A stretch of DNA of 64,000 nucleotides from the human T2T-CHM13v2.0 reference genome, Homo sapiens (GCF_009914755.1 NC_060947.1), one strand, 5' to 3'. Shown: positions 15,166 through 29,335, numbered from the stretch's first letter. Notes: generated by a model not told the origin, from the sequence alone. Program-made: numbers and translations.

Positions 15166-16349
15166 AAAGACACTATGAGTTGAAACTTAGTTAACACGTC
15201 TCTCAAGAAATGGCACTTGCTGAAAACTCACAATGTCTATTTTCATAATATTCCTAAACTTTGAGATACATGTTATTGGTAAAGACTTCACCACTTCTTT
15301 TGGAACCACTGTATATAAAAAGTGAATAAGTAAATCTGGATTGGAAAAACCATTACTCAGACTTAGTATCATAAGCAAGACCTTGATTTTATATATAGTC
15401 ATTCTCTGCCCTAAAGAATTGGATGGATTCTGCTCTAATTTAAAGTATAATTCACTATCACTCAAATGCTACTTTACCACAATGTTCATCACAGAAAAAT
15501 AAGCAAGACAATAAACTCAGCAAAAGGATTGTAAACTTTGCAGAGTGGATTTTGAAACATAAGGAAACTGGTTTTCATTTGGATGTGGATTTCTTTATAC
15601 TGCTTAGTTTGAGCTTGAGGTTAATTGTTAATCCCGTTACTGTTAGCTCTCTTTTATAATGTCTCGGATACTTTGGTTCATTTTGAATGGATCTAAATTA
15701 TATCCATAGTTGCACTAACTCTTTGTGGTAATTTGTAGATAGAAGCATCTATTTGCAAGGGCCAGGTGGTTGCAGATGGGTCACAAAGAATAACTTTTCG
15801 ATTCGTAGTGAAAAACATAGAGACACAAATTAAATGATAAGCTCTTGTATAGGAGAAAACACTCACAAACAACAACTAGAAGGGTCAGCATTTTTTAATG
15901 GGTTCCCTTTCTTTGGCTCTATGGAGAGTATCTCAGTAAGATATTACCAGCGTTAAAATCATTACCCAGTATATGGGCAGATGGCCGGCTGATAATTGTT
16001 TATGGGGACAGATGGCAGTTCCTTGTACCCTCTTTTTAGTTTCTGTGTTTTTAAAGCTCAGCAGTTGCAATGTGAAGCCTTCATAGGACCATAAAATACA
16101 AACCACTTTAAATAACTCTGAACCAGGGTTTTGACTGATGTGCTTAAAAGAAACAGTCACAGTTTGAAACTCCCTCTGCAAAGAGATACTAGGTGTATGG
16201 CCCTGCAGGTTATAATTTATAGAAATAGCAGGCTAATTTGGGCTATGTCTACACATAGACATACAAACTGGCATAAACAAAATAAAGAATTGAATCCAGT
16301 CAGGTATTTTACCCTCTACCAGGAAGGCAAATTTTTAGTAAATACTTAA

Positions 16350-17420
16350 TAATCAAACACCAGCACGTGTTGAGCATTTGGCTAGGGTTCGTGAGAGGTA
16401 CAAGAGAAGTTCCATATCTTGTGCTGACTTCAGAAGATAATCTATATGAGGAGTGAAAGGATAAATAGAGAGAGATCATTGCAATACAAGGCAGAAGGTG
16501 TTAAATGCCAAGTGACAGAGACAATAGAGCTAGAGAAGATCAAATAGAGAGCGATCACAGTGGATATGAACATTTACTGAATACAGGTAGCCATAGGCTG
16601 GGCAACAAAAAGATCAGTGAAAGTTTTGCTGGTGGAGAAAATGTCATAAGCAAAGACACAGAGCAGGACGTACAGACCAAGCCTGAAAATTGTCTTCTTG
16701 TTTATTGCACACTATTTTTATTTCTCCTATTTTAGTCTCCTTTTATAACATGGTAAGAGATGGTAAACGATGTACCTTTTTAAATTAATGTAAAATAATG
16801 ATTTAAAAGATTAATAGCTGAGCCAGAATATGTGGGAACTTGAATTCTGGAACCCTGATTTCAGACATTGTCCTTAAAATAATTGGGAGGGCTACTAAAT
16901 GATTTTAAGCAAATATTAAGTTTTAAAATGCTATTTTTGGGAGATATGTCTGGTAGACAGGTGGAATAGATTGGGGAGGGAGAGCCTAGATGGAGCTCAT
17001 TTAGGAAATTGTTGCTATATTTCAGACTAAGTATCTAAAATAAGGTAGAACCCATGAGGAAGAGAAGAAAGACAGTAGCCATTGTAAAAGAAGGGTGAAT
17101 ATAATGTGTGACTGTTTGCATGTGAACAGCCGACAATAAAAGCAAGAGTCAGAGCAAATGTTTATGGCTTAAATGATTAGAAAAACGATTTTGCTTTCTG
17201 GCAATAGAAGTTAAAAAGACTAGGAAGGAGGAGGGAATCGTACATTTGGATTATTGTTTGTAATGCTATTGAGACATCAAAGTGGAGATGTGTAGAAGTC
17301 AGGTGATGATTTGGAGAAAAGACAGATTTTGAGGTAAAGATTATGGAGTCAGTTACTAAGAGTAATAGGTGAAATGATAAAGGTGGATGAGATCTAAGGG
17401 AGAAATGAATAAAGGAAATA
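16350..17420 (-). mobile_element. L2 fragments
   Basis: Highly diverged purine-rich antisense L2-like sequence. Confidence 0.55.
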
Positions 17421-20400
17421 GCAGTGTAATAAAGACTAAAGCTTGTGAGCAATACCAACTTTTTAAAACTAGCTGTTAGTTTTGTTTTCAGAACTAAATG
17501 TAATGCTTTTTTTTCTCTCCTTAAATACATATATGTATGACTGTGTTTATGTACTCATGTATGTTTGTGGTGTCTGAAAGTCAAACATATATTAGTGCGT
17601 TCTTAGTGAATGCAGAATATTGATTTCTTTTTTCTAATTTTATTTTCCTTTTGGAAATAATGGCATAAAGTTTGCTGGCAGCACAATCCCTTAGCTGAAT
17701 ATTACATTAAAATGAGGCCACTGAAAATAAATAACAACAGACCACTGCAAATAAAAAACATGGATGCTTGCTTGTATCAGCAGAAAAAAATGTAGTTTTG
17801 ATTCAACTGAAATTTTTTTCTGCATTTTAAATAACACAAACACATTAGTAGCAATGTTATAATAATAAGTTTATTTTCCACAAGTGGTTCTTATCAGGGA
17901 CTACAACAATAAATTTTACAGCAATTTTGCTGTTTTTAAAACTTTTTTGCGTTAATCACATGTGGTGATTTTCTTTTGTCTTTTTTTCTTTTCTTTTTTA
18001 AATATCTTAAAAAAAAAAAAAAAAAAAAAGAACCAGGACACCTGTGGAGAACATTCAGGTTTGTTACACAGGTATATGTGTGCCATGGTGGTTTGCTAAA
18101 CCTATTGACTCATCCTCTAAGTTCCCTCCCGTCACCCCCCACCACCCAACAGGCCCTGGTGTGTGTTGTTCCACTCTCTGTGTCCATGTGTTCTCATTGT
18201 TCAACTCCCACTTTTGAGTGAGAACATGTGGTGTTTGGTTTTTTGTTCCTGTGTTAGTTTGCTGAGAATGATGGTTTCCAGCTTCATCCATGTCTCTGCA
18301 AAGGACATGATCTCATCCTTTTTCATGGCTGCATAGTATTGCATGGTGTATATATACCACATTTTCTTTATCCAGTCTATCAATGATGGGCATTTCGGTT
18401 GGTTCCATGTCTTTGCTATTGTAAATAGTGCTGCAATAAATATACGTGTGCATGTGTCCTTATAGTAGAATGATTTATATTCCTTTGGGCATATACCCAG
18501 TAATGGGATTGCTGGGTCAAATGGTATTTCTGTTTCTAGATCCTTGAGGAATCGCCACACTGTCTTCCACAATGGGTGGAACTAATTTACATTCCCACCA
18601 ACAGCATTAAAGTGTTCATATTTCACCACAGTCTTACCAGCATCTATTGTTTCCTGACTTTTTAATAATCGCCATTCTGACTGGCATAAGATGGTATCAC
18701 ATTGTGGTTTTGAATTTATCTGATGATCTGTGATGTTGAGCTTTTTTTCATGTTTGTTGGCCACGTAAATGTCTTCTTTTGAGAAGTGTCTGTTCATATC
18801 CTTTGCTCACTTTTTGATGGTGTTGGTGTTTTTTTCTTGTAAATATATTTAAGTTCCTTGTACATTCTGGATATTAGAACTTTGTCAGATGGGTAGATGG
18901 CAAAAATTTTCTCCCATTCTGTAGGTTGCCTGTTCACTCTGATGACAGTTTCTTTTGCTGTGCAGAAGCTCTTTAGCTTAATTAGATTCCATTTGTCAAT
19001 TTTGGCTTTTGTTGCAATTGCTTTTGCTGTTTTTGTTATGAAGTCTTTGCCTATGCCTATGTCCTGAATAGTATTGCCTATGTTTTCTTCTAGGGTTTTT
19101 ATTGTTTTGAGTTTTACATTTAAGTATTTAATCCATCTTGAGTTAATTTTTTTATGAGGTGTAAGGAAGAGGTCCAATTTCAGTTTTCTGTATATGGCTA
19201 GCCAGTTTTCCCAACACCATTTATTAAATAGGGAATCTTTTCCCCATTGCTTGTGTGTGTCAGGTTTGTCAAAGATCAGATGGGTGTAGATGTGTGGTGT
19301 TATTTCTGAGGCCTCTGTTCTGTTCCATTGGTCTATATATCTGTTTTGGTACCAGTACCATGCTGTTTTGGTTACTGTATCCTTGTAGTATAGTTTGAAG
19401 TCAGGTAGTGTGACACCTCCAGCTTGTTCTTTTTGCTTAGAAATGTGGCTATACAGGGTCTTCATTTATTCCATATAAAATTTAAAATAGATTTTTCTAA
19501 TTCCTTGAGGAACGTCAATGGTAGTTGGAAGGGAATAGCATTGGATCTACAAATTACTTTGGGCAGTATGGCCATTTTCACAATATTGATTCTTCCTATC
19601 CATGAGGATGGGATGTTTTTCCATTTCTTTGGGTCCTCTCTTATTTCCTTGAGCAGTGGTTTGTAGTTCTCCTTGAAGAGGTCCTTCACATCCCTTGTTA
19701 GCTGTATTCTTAGGTATTTTATTCTCTTTTTAGCAATTTTAAATGGAAGTACATTTATGATTTGGCTCTCTGCTTGCCTATTGTTGGTGTAAAGGAATGC
19801 TTGTTATTTTTGCAAATTGATTTTGTATCCTGAGACTTTGCTGAAGTTGCTTATCAGTTTAAGGAGTTTTTGGGCTGAGATGATGGGGTTTTCTAAATAT
19901 AAAATCATGTCCTCTGCAAACAGAGACAACTTGACCATCTCTCTTCCTATTTGAATAGGCTTATTTCTTTCTCTTGCCTGATTTCCCTGGACAGAACTCC
20001 TAATACTATGTTGAACAGGAGTGGTGAGAAAGGGCATCCTTGTCTTATGCCAATTTCAAAGGAAATGCTTCCAGCTTTTGCCTATTCAATATGATATTGG
20101 CTGTGGGTTTGCCATAAATAGCTCTTATTATTTTGAGATATGTTCCATCAGTACCTAGTTTATTGAGAGTTTTTAACATGAAGGGATGTTGAATTTTATC
20201 AAAGGCCTTTTCTGTATCTATTGAGGCAATCATGTGGTTTTTGTCTTTGGTTCCGTTTATGTAATGTATTATATTTATTGATTTGCATATGTTGAACCAG
20301 CCTTGCATCTCAGGGATAAAGCCGACTTGTTCGTTGTGGATAAGTTTTTTGATGTGCTGCTGGATTTGGTTTGCCAGTATTTTATTGAGGATTTTTGCAT

Positions 20401-20837
20401 CGATGTTCTTCAGGGATATTGGCCTGAAATTTTCTTTTTTTGTTGTGTCTCTTCCCGTTTTTGGTATCAGGATGATGCTGCCTTCATAAAATGAGTTAGG
20501 GAGGAGTCCCTCCTTTTCAGTTGTTTGGAATAGTTTCTGAAGGAATGGTACCAGCTCCTCTTTGTATTTCTGGTAGAATTCAACTGTGAATCCATCTGGC
20601 CCTGGGCTTTGATTCTTGTTGTTGGTAGGCTATTAATTACTGCCTCAATTTCAGAGCTTGTTATTGGTCTATTCAGGTATTCAACTTCTTCCTGTTATAG
20701 TCTTGGTAGGGTGTATGCATCCAGGAATTTATCCATTTCTTCTAGATTTTCTAGTTTATTTGTGTAGAGGTGCTTAGAGTATTCTCTGATGGTAGTTTGT
20801 ATTTCGGTGGGGTCAATGGTGATATCCCCTTTATCAA

Positions 20838-21133
20838 TTTTTTTTTTTTTTTTTGAGACAGAGTCTTGCTCTGTCGCCCAGGCTGGACTGCAGTGGCACG
20901 ATCTCGGCTCACTGACAACCATCTCCCCGGTTCAAGCGATTCTCCTGCCTCAGCCTCCTGAGTAGCTGGGACTACAGGTGCATGCCACCATGCCCGGCTA
21001 ATTTTTTGTATTTTTAGTAGAGACGGGGTTTCACTCTGTTAGCCAGGATGGTCTCAATCTCCTGACCTCCTGATCTGCCTGCCGCAGCCTCCCAAAATGC
21101 TGGGATTACAGGCATAAGCCACCACACCCGACC
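20838..21133 (-). mobile_element. AluSc-like inserted in L1 ORF2
   Basis: TTAGCCAGGATGGTCTC diagnostic; TSD CCCTTTATCA (20827-20836, 21134-21143). Confidence 0.93.
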
Positions 21134-24100
21134 CCCTTTATCATTTTTTATTGTGTCTATTTGGTTCTTCTATTTCTTCTTGATTAGTCTAGCTAGCGGT
21201 TTATCTATTTTGTTAATTTTTTCAAAAAAAAAAAACACAGCTCCTGGATTCGTTGAGTTTTCGGAGGGTTTTTCATGTCTCTATCTCCTCTATTTCTTCT
21301 CTGATCTTAGTTATTTCTCATCTTCCGTCAGCTTTTGGATTAGTTTGCTCTTGCATCTCTAGCTTTTTTAATTGTGATATTAGAGTGTTGATTTGAGACC
21401 TTTCTTGCTTTCTGATGTGGGCATTCAGTATTGTAATTTTCCCTGTTAACAATGCTTTAGCAGTCTCCCAGAGATTCTGGTACATTGTCTCTTTGTTCTC
21501 ATTAGTTTCAAGGAACTTTTTGATTTCTGCCTTAATTTTATTATTTTCCCAGACATCATTCAGGGGCAGGTTGTTCAATTTCCATGTAGTTGTGTGGTTT
21601 TGAGTGAGTTTCTTAATCCTGAGTTCTGATTTGATTTCATTGTGTCTGAGAGACTGTTATGATTTCAGTTCTTTTGCATTTGCTGAGGAGTGTTTTACTT
21701 CCATTTATGTTGTTGATTTTAGAATAAGCGTCGTGTGGCACTGAGAAGAATGTATATTCTGTTGATTTGGGGTAGAGAGTTCTGTATATGTCTACCAGGT
21801 CCACTTGATCCAGTGCTGAGTTCAAGTCCTGCATATCCTTGTTAATTTTCTGTCTCATTGATAGGTCTAATACCGACAGTGGGGTGTTAAAGTCTCCTAC
21901 AATTATTGTGTGGGAGTCTAAGTCTTTTTGCAGGTCTCTAAGAACTTGTTTTATGAATCTGAGTGCTCCTGTATTGGGTGCATATATATTCAGAATAATT
22001 AGCTTTTTTGTTAAATTGTTTCCTTACCATTATGTAAAGCCCTTTGTAGTTTTTTTTATCTTATTTGGATTAAAGTCTGTTTTGTCAGAGACTAGGATTG
22101 CAGTCTCTGAGGTTTTTTTTTCTTTCCATTTGCTTGGTAAATTTTCCTCCTTTTATTTTGATTCTGTGTGTGTCTTTGCATGTAAGATGGGTTTCCTGAA
22201 TACAGCACACCACTGGGCCTTGACTCCTTATCCAATTTGCCAGTCTGTGTCTTTTAATTGGGGCATTGAGCCCATTTACATTTAAGGTAAGTATTGTTTT
22301 GTGTGAATTTAATCCTGTCATCATGATGCTATCGGGTTATTTTGCACACTAGTTGATGTCGTTTTTTCACAGTGTCATTGGTCCTCATGTTTTTGTGTGT
22401 TTTTGCACTGGCTGGTACCAGTTTTTCCTCTCCATATTTAGTGCTTCTTTCAGGAGTTCTTGCAGGCTAGGCCCGGTGGTAACAAAATCCCTCAGCATTT
22501 GCTTGTCTAGAAGGGATTTTATTTCTCCTTCACTTATGAAGCTTAGTTTGGCTGGATATGATATTCTAGGCTGAAAATGCTTTTCTTTAAGAATATTGAA
22601 TATTGTTCCTCAATCTCTTCTGGCTTGAAGTGTTTCTTCTGAGAGATCTGCTATTAGTCTAATGGGCTTCCCTTTGTAGGTAACCTGGTCTTTTTCTCTG
22701 GCTGCCCTTAACAGTTTTTCCTTCATTTTGACTTTGGAGAATCTGATGATTATGTGTCTTGGGGTTGATATTCTCATGGAGTATCTAAGTGGTGTTCTCT
22801 GTATTTCCTGAATTTGCATGTTGGCCTGTCTTGCTAGGTTGGGGAAGTTTTCCTGGATAACATCCTGAAGTGTGTTTTCTAGCTTGTTTCCATTCTCCCT
22901 GTCTCCTCCTGGTACTCTAATAATTGTAGGTTCTGTCCCATATTTTTTGAAGGCTTTTTCATTCCTTTTCATTCTTTTCTTTTCTATTATTGTCAGCATG
23001 TCTTATTTTAGTAATTTGGTCTTCAAACTCTGATATCTTTTCTTCCACTTGGTCGATTTGGCTTTTGATACTTGTGTCTGCTCCACGAAGTTCTTGTGGT
23101 GTGTGTTTTCAGCTCCATTAGTCGTTTAGGTTCATCTCTAAACTGGTTATTCTAGTTAGCAGTTCCTCTAACCTTTTATGAAAGTTCTTAGCTTCTTTGC
23201 AGTGGATTAGAACATGCTCTTTTAGCTCATTGTAGTTTTTTTATTACCCATCTTGTAAAGCCTACTTCTGTCAATTCATCCATCTGATCCTCTGTCCAGT
23301 TCTGCGTCCTTGATGGAGACCTGTTGTGATCATTTGGAGGAGAAGAGGTATTCTGGCCTTTTGGGTTTTCATCATTTTTTCATTGATTCTTTCTCATCTT
23401 TGCGAGTTTGTCTAGTTTTGGTTTTTGAGGCTGCTGACCCTTGGATGGGGTTTTTATGGGGGCCTTTTGTTATTGTTTTTGTTGATGTTGTTATTGTTGC
23501 TTTTTGCTTGTTTGTTTTTCTTTCAATAGGTCCCTCTTCTGTAGGGCTCCTGCAGTTTTCTGGGGGTTCACTTTAGGCCCTATTCATCTGATTTGCTCCC
23601 ATGCCTGGAGACGTCACTCAAGGAGGCTGGACAGCAGCAAAGACGAGTCCCTGCTCGTTCTTCTGGGACCTCTGACCTCGAGGGGCACCAGCCTGATGCC
23701 AGTAGAATCACCCCCGTATATGGTATCTGACAACCCCTGTTGAAGGGTCTCACTCAGTTGGATAGCACAGGGTTCAGGACTCGTTTAATGAAGCACTTTG
23801 TCCCTAGGTGGAGAGGGTGTGTTTTGCTGGGGGGAAACCCAGTCGTCTGGGATGCCCGGATTCCTCAGAACTACTAAGAGGAGAGGCTAAGTCTGCTGGT
23901 CTTAAGAGACTCTGGCCACCCATCCCCCTAGGTGCTCAGGCCCAGGGAGATCCGAATTCTGCCCCTGAGCCTCTGGCTGGAGTTATGGGAGATCCTGCAG
24001 GGAAGCCCTGCCCACTGAGGAAGGATGGGTCAGGGTTAGACCTGAAGAGGCACTCTGGCTGCAGACTGCCACAGCTGGTGTGTTGGGCTGTGGGGACAAG

Positions 24101-24699
24101 TCTTGGAACGAAGCCTTCCATCCTCCCAGGCTCCAGCAAAGAAAAAGTGCAGTTTGGAGCTATAGAAGTTGATGCTGCCCTTCCCCTGCCCAGGGAGCTT
24201 AGCTTGTTAGGCAGTTGCGAATCCCAGGGCTGGCTGCTGCCCCTCCCGCAAAGAACTCAAAGGGCTTAGACAGCAGGCAGCTGCGGTCAGTGCTGGCCGC
24301 CCCTCCCATCAGGAGTTCTGTAGGCTTAAGCAGATTCCAGCTGAGACACTGTAAGAATCTATGTTTCGGGGTTGGGATGCTATGCCCCGGTGGCGTGGGT
24401 TCATGAGTGGGATCTTCCAATCCATGGACTGCACAGTTACGTGGCAAAAGCAGAGTTTCCCGGCTGGGTAGCATGCTCACTCACCACCTCCATTGGCTGG
24501 AGGGAGGAGGGTTCCCCTTCCCCATGTGGCTCTCAGGTGGGTGGCTGCACCGCACTGCTCTTCCTTCTCTCTGTGAGTCACGTCAGCCTTCTAGTCAATT
24601 TTGATGAGAGAACCTGAATACCTTGGTTGCCAGTGAAGGAGTCAAATGCTTATTATGGTTTTTTTCTATGGGAGCCTCCAACCGCCCCTGCTTCCAGTT

Positions 24700-24709
24700 G
24701 GCCATCTTG
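24700..24709 (-). promoter_or_regulatory. YY1 motif at the L1 5' end
   Basis: CAAGATGGCC on the minus strand at the canonical position near the L1 start. Confidence 0.75.
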
Positions 24710-25377
24710 GCCCTGCCCCCCTGTGATTTTTATTTATTTTCAACATAGCTTAATTCTGCTTTAATTCTCCAGAATTCTTGCCAGATATCAAATTCAGGAG
24801 GTATAAGTACCACTCTCCTCCCCCTCAACACACAAAGTGGATATACATTTTGCGTTAAAACTGTGCACATTGGAGAAGAAATAGCCTAAAAGCATTGCAG
24901 AATTCTTGATAGGGGGGTGGATACTGCTGTTTATTCACTTGGTCCTGACCCAAAATGATAGGCAGTGCTTCAATTGGAGGAGACATTTAAGACTTATAGT
25001 GGGCTCTGTGGTATTTTATTTAAATATTATTATTATATAGAGTTTGAAGGGGCCTAATCTCCACATTGTTTATACTCAAAGCAAGGAGACACAAATCTAT
25101 GCTTGATTTTACAAAGTGATAGAGAATCACAGCCATGCAAGTTAGTTCATTGTATTTTGAGAAAACTGTGCAGGAGAAAGTCCTTAACTATATTAAGCTT
25201 AAATCAGTACCTCAACTATGAGAGACAAAAAAGATCAAACTGTTTTTTGACTTTTCAGTTGTATTTTTAATTTGGACTAAGTGTTACTTCTCTGCGCCCT
25301 TTTACCAACCTGTGTTTGATGCTATAATAAAGTTTCCCAACAATCAGTTAATATCTGTAGTGAGGAGGTGCATGGAT

Positions 25378-25490
25378 GTAGACTGTGAGCTCTTTGAGTG
25401 CAAGGAATATACTTTTCACTGTAACCCCTATAAGTAGCAGTTAGCGCAGTGCCTGTTACACAACAAGTGGTGTGTAAATGTTTGATTAAA
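25378..25490 (+). mobile_element. L2 3' end
   Basis: AGACTGTGAGCTCTTTGAG...CAGTGCCTG...AAATGTTT. Confidence 0.65.
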
Positions 25491-26211
25491 GGAGGATGGG
25501 AGGAAGGCTTGGGGGGAGGAAAATGGAAGAAATATATAGCAGGATAATAATTTATATTATCTTTGCTGATTTTGATGTTTAATAGGGCAGACTCTTTGAG
25601 TGCAGTGTGTCTTGGTTAGCACATTTTATATATTTATATAAATATGACACATATAAATATGGTATACTTGTTTATATATATTTAGATATATAAATAATTA
25701 TGTATAATATATTATATCAATATGAATGCTAAAACTACACATAGTGTCTCTAGTCTAGGCTAATCTTGACATTTTGTACACAAAGATGTATTTTTCTTTG
25801 AATGACAGGACTTTATGTTAATGAAACAATAACTTGAGATGCCTAAAACTCACTTTTGGCATTTTGTCACTAAATTTTACTACTGTTATTCCACCTAGAT
25901 GTATCCAATCCCAAGTGGTATTACTTGAGGGAGAGGTAAGAAACTCTAAGAGTTCATCATGGTCCCATGAATCTTGAAGGGCTTAAGAACAAACAAAACA
26001 AGCAAAAACATTGAAGCCCTCTGTTACAATGTAGCTACATTATTTAGAAAAAAAAAAACCCATACAGATTAAATAAGTCAGTAATGGCCAAGGTAAAAAG
26101 AAAATTTCTATCCTTCTTTTAAGTCGCCTAAAATAGTCTGATGTTTCCTTGGGTTGGCGGAACTTTGCCATGTTATCTTTGTACTGATGGGGTCGGGGGA
26201 AACTAACTTAC

Positions 26212-26327
26212 ACATAATTATTATGGATGCCCCGATTTTCATTTGGACTTAGAGTTTCATTGTCATGTATAAATTCCAAGACAGTGGAAATGCTTATTAG
26301 ATTTCTGTCTGGACCCCATTTGACATC
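26212..26327 (-). other. Candidate 116-nt exon (DVKWGPDRNL...RGIHNNY)
   Basis: CTTCCTCTGTTTATCAG| acceptor, TGT|GTAAGT donor, one open frame (phase 0-2). Confidence 0.35.
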
Positions 26328-26964
26328 CTGATAAACAGAGGAAGTATCTTCAAGTCTGGTAAATAACTACATTAGCAGGCAGGAAGAGGTATTAAAAGTC
26401 TGTATTTTCTATGCATCAGTCCAGCACAGTAGAAAGAGGTCTTCAGGACATTGTGCTAGTGAGAATAATCAACCAGGAAGCCAGCTACTTTCAGAAGTTT
26501 TTTAAAATTTAGTACATGGAAAATAAGACAGGCAGTCTCTTTTATGGCAAATGCTTTAGTGTTATACAAAAGGATAAGAATATTAGCATATTGGGAAGGG
26601 CATTAGAAAGAGGAGTGGAAGAGGTCAAATAGATGGCATCTGGATGTATAGGAAAAGAGACTGAAAACAATTTTAATGAATCAGGAAAATTAAACAAAAC
26701 TATTCAATGCAATATTTAATCATTTCCAAGTACAATGTAATGCTGATACCGAGTACACATATATTCCCTCCCATAAATGCATATATGCCTTAAGCCCACC
26801 CATGTACACTCAAGCACATCTATACTCTCATCAATTCAACCATACTGTAAAGTCTGCACAGGTATATGCATATTCAAATGTGTGTGACAAACACTGTCAG
26901 AATAAAACCATGAAAAGAGTAGTCTACTTCAGTTTGTAACTGGTGGCATTCTTTTTTTTTTCTG

Positions 26965-27088
26965 CACAAATAAGTATACTGCTATTGTATTCCAAGAACA
27001 CTTTCACATATTAACTCGTTTTATCCTCACAACAATCCTATGAAATAGGTACCATTATTATGATTCTCCATTTAAGAGATGAGCAAAC
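26965..27088 (-). mobile_element. MIR
   Basis: ATCCTCACAACAATCCTATGAAATAGGTACCATTATT core. Confidence 0.75.
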
Positions 27089-27413
27089 ATCATCATCATC
27101 AACATCCTCATATTTCAGTTACTGTGATATCAGCTCTTGAGATATTTAGGATATAGTTGGGATCTTCCCTGGGAAAGAGGCCTACTCAATAGAGAGAGGA
27201 TGGATGAACCCAGCCATTAGCTGACCTTGTGTCTTCTTGCCTTTCACAAATACTATTTGATTTTTCATCAAGTATTCCCAAACCTCAAGCTTCACTTTCT
27301 CCTTTAGTAACATAAAACCTGCTTATTTTAGCCTCTCCTTTTACTCCTCTCAGAGTCCAGAGTATGTGGGAAAATGTTCTCTCTTCTATTTTTCTGTTGA
27401 GGTTGCTGTAGCA

Positions 27414-27416
<3 letters not shown>

Positions 27417-27446
<30 letters not shown>
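27417..27446. repeat. Poly(T)30
   Basis: Counted directly. Confidence 0.95.
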
Positions 27447-27449
<3 letters not shown>

Positions 27450-28167
27450 TATTGAAGCACCTAAATTAAGGAATTTCACAGCAGGTTAACCTGTTCTTCC
27501 ACTCGGCACATCACTGACTGTCACCTTAGCAAGCAGTCCTTGTTAGTAAAGTCTGATAGGTTTTAAGAAGGTAGTGAACCACCTTAACTACAATAACCTT
27601 ATTAAGACAAATGATGGCCTTTTGGATTTGGGACTGAAATAAGCCATTCATCCTGTGTTTCAGCTGAAATACTGTAGAGAAGGAAAGGTGCCTATAGCAG
27701 CCCAAATTTGAAAAAAGGCTGTATCTGATGCCTTTCCCTTGGAATTTCAGAAGTGACAGATCATTGGGAAAAATAAGAAAACCCATCCAAACTTCTGCAA
27801 CCTGAAAATACTCAGTTTGAAATGTATAATAATGAAATATATATGAATCATAGGGCTTGGTTGAACCAAAGCTTTTCTGGATTGAGAAGGAATTTGGAAA
27901 TCTTGTAGTCCAGTGGCTTCCATCTCCTTACTTGTGTAATAGAAGAAAGAAGTGGACCATATCTAATTTATCTTTGTCACTTTAACAACACCTGACATAA
28001 TGTCTGGCACATTTAGGGTTCAATACATGTCTGTGGAATTGTTTTATACTGAGAATTATGAGTGACCTGTTCAAGAGTACACAGCTAGTAATGGAGAAGA
28101 CTGTATTAGAACCCTCCTCTGATATCTGCTACCTGTGCTTCTTGCAATTTACAACAGGAAGAGCCAA

Positions 28168-28309
28168 TTATTATTATTATTTTTTTGTTGTTGAGATGGG
28201 CTCCTACTATGCTTCCCAGGCTGGTCTTGAACTCCTAAGCTTGAGTAATCCTCCCACCTCAGCCTCCCCAGTAGCTGGGATTACAGGCACATGCCACCAT
28301 GCCTAGCTA
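28168..28309 (-). mobile_element. FLAM Alu monomer
   Basis: Single left-arm Alu monomer with a TTA/T tail. Confidence 0.85.
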
Positions 28310-29189
28310 GGACAGGGACTATTTTGAAAGTCACATTTTGAACCCCTGGAATGTTAACCTATACAAAAGCCTCCTCAACTCCAGATGGATGTTAAGGTGA
28401 ACCTTAGTCATGTCCTTTGAAACCGCATGGTAATAGAATTTGGAGTATTTACTTCTTGGCACTCCTCTTAACCTTTGTTTGTTTTCAAAATGGAAAAGCC
28501 ACGTGACTCTCCAGTTCATAGCTGTGAAACTCAATTATTTTTTTCAGGGATACACAGTTTAAAAAGTTTTAAATATAAGCAAATTCATCCAGAGAGGACA
28601 ATGTCCTCATATTTCCATTTTCTAGGAGTTCAGTCTACAAAGATACAATTCTTCATTTTAGCCATAATTAATTACTTTGAGAGTATGACCTATTTCACCT
28701 ACGGGACCACAAAGAAAGCACAGAAAGCAGGCCAAGTTATAACAAAGCATCCTTCCCAGCATATTGCAAGCAGCAAGTGACATTTAAGGGAATAGCCACA
28801 CAGCCTCAGTCAAACAGTGCATTCTCACAGGTTAATATTATTGGAATTATTAACTTCTGAATTGCTTCTAGAAGGATCTACTTTGCACATGACAGGACTC
28901 CTGTGGTTAACTGGGAAAAAAAAAAAACCCGTAAATTACTGAGCAACACACATAATTAAGGAGTAGAGCAGGAAAGGAAAAGGGTTGAGGTGTTTTTGAA
29001 TGTGCGGTCACCACAGAGAAAAATTAAGCAATATAATAAGGTGACCAAAACCCAGGTGTGCCAGTCTTTGTCTGCCCCAATCCCAGTCAGCTGCAGTTCT
29101 GAGAATTTTCCACCAACAAAAGTATTAGAAGTGCCCAGTCCTTGAGCCAATTCTGACAAAAACAGCCAGAAGGTCATTAATAACAGTGA

Positions 29190-29335
29190 GAGCCTTAGGT
29201 GCTAGGCATTGTTCAATACTCTTGAACAGATTATTTTAATTTTTAAAATAGCCCTATGAGGTAAGGATTATTAACCATTTTATAGGAGTAAACTGACACA
29301 CAAAGATGTTAAATAACTTGCTCACATGTCTCAGT
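29190..29335 (-). mobile_element. MIR
   Basis: CCCTATGAGGTAAGGATTATT...AAACTGA...GTTAAATAACTTGCTCA. Confidence 0.75.

Larger units (their letters stand above)
17973..24722 (-). mobile_element. Full-length decayed LINE-1, L1PA8A/L1PA8-like
   Basis: GC-rich 5' UTR (~23500-24722), ORF1 fragments (22610-22999), ORF2 start MMTGLNSH at 22324, EN/RT/C-terminal fragments, 3' UTR and tail. TSD GTGATTTT (17965-17972, 24723-24730). Both ORFs are broken. Confidence 0.95.

Noticed and set aside
18009-18029. A21 run opposite to the L1 tail orientation
   Set aside because: Best explained as expansion of the T run that I recall in the L1PA8A-type 3' end, not a separate insertion.
18064-24617. Many ORFs up to 223 aa (also 48013-49026 and 51766-63778)
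   Set aside because: Broken L1 ORF1/ORF2/5' UTR frames or their antisense shadows, not host genes or an active L1.
27417-27446. Poly(T)30 as the tail of a retrocopy
   Set aside because: No adjacent element body, canonical poly(A) signal or TSD found.
28479-28521. Possible small minus-strand exon (YELESHVAFPF*) bridging phases
   Set aside because: Weak splice sites and an in-frame stop; likely overfitting.
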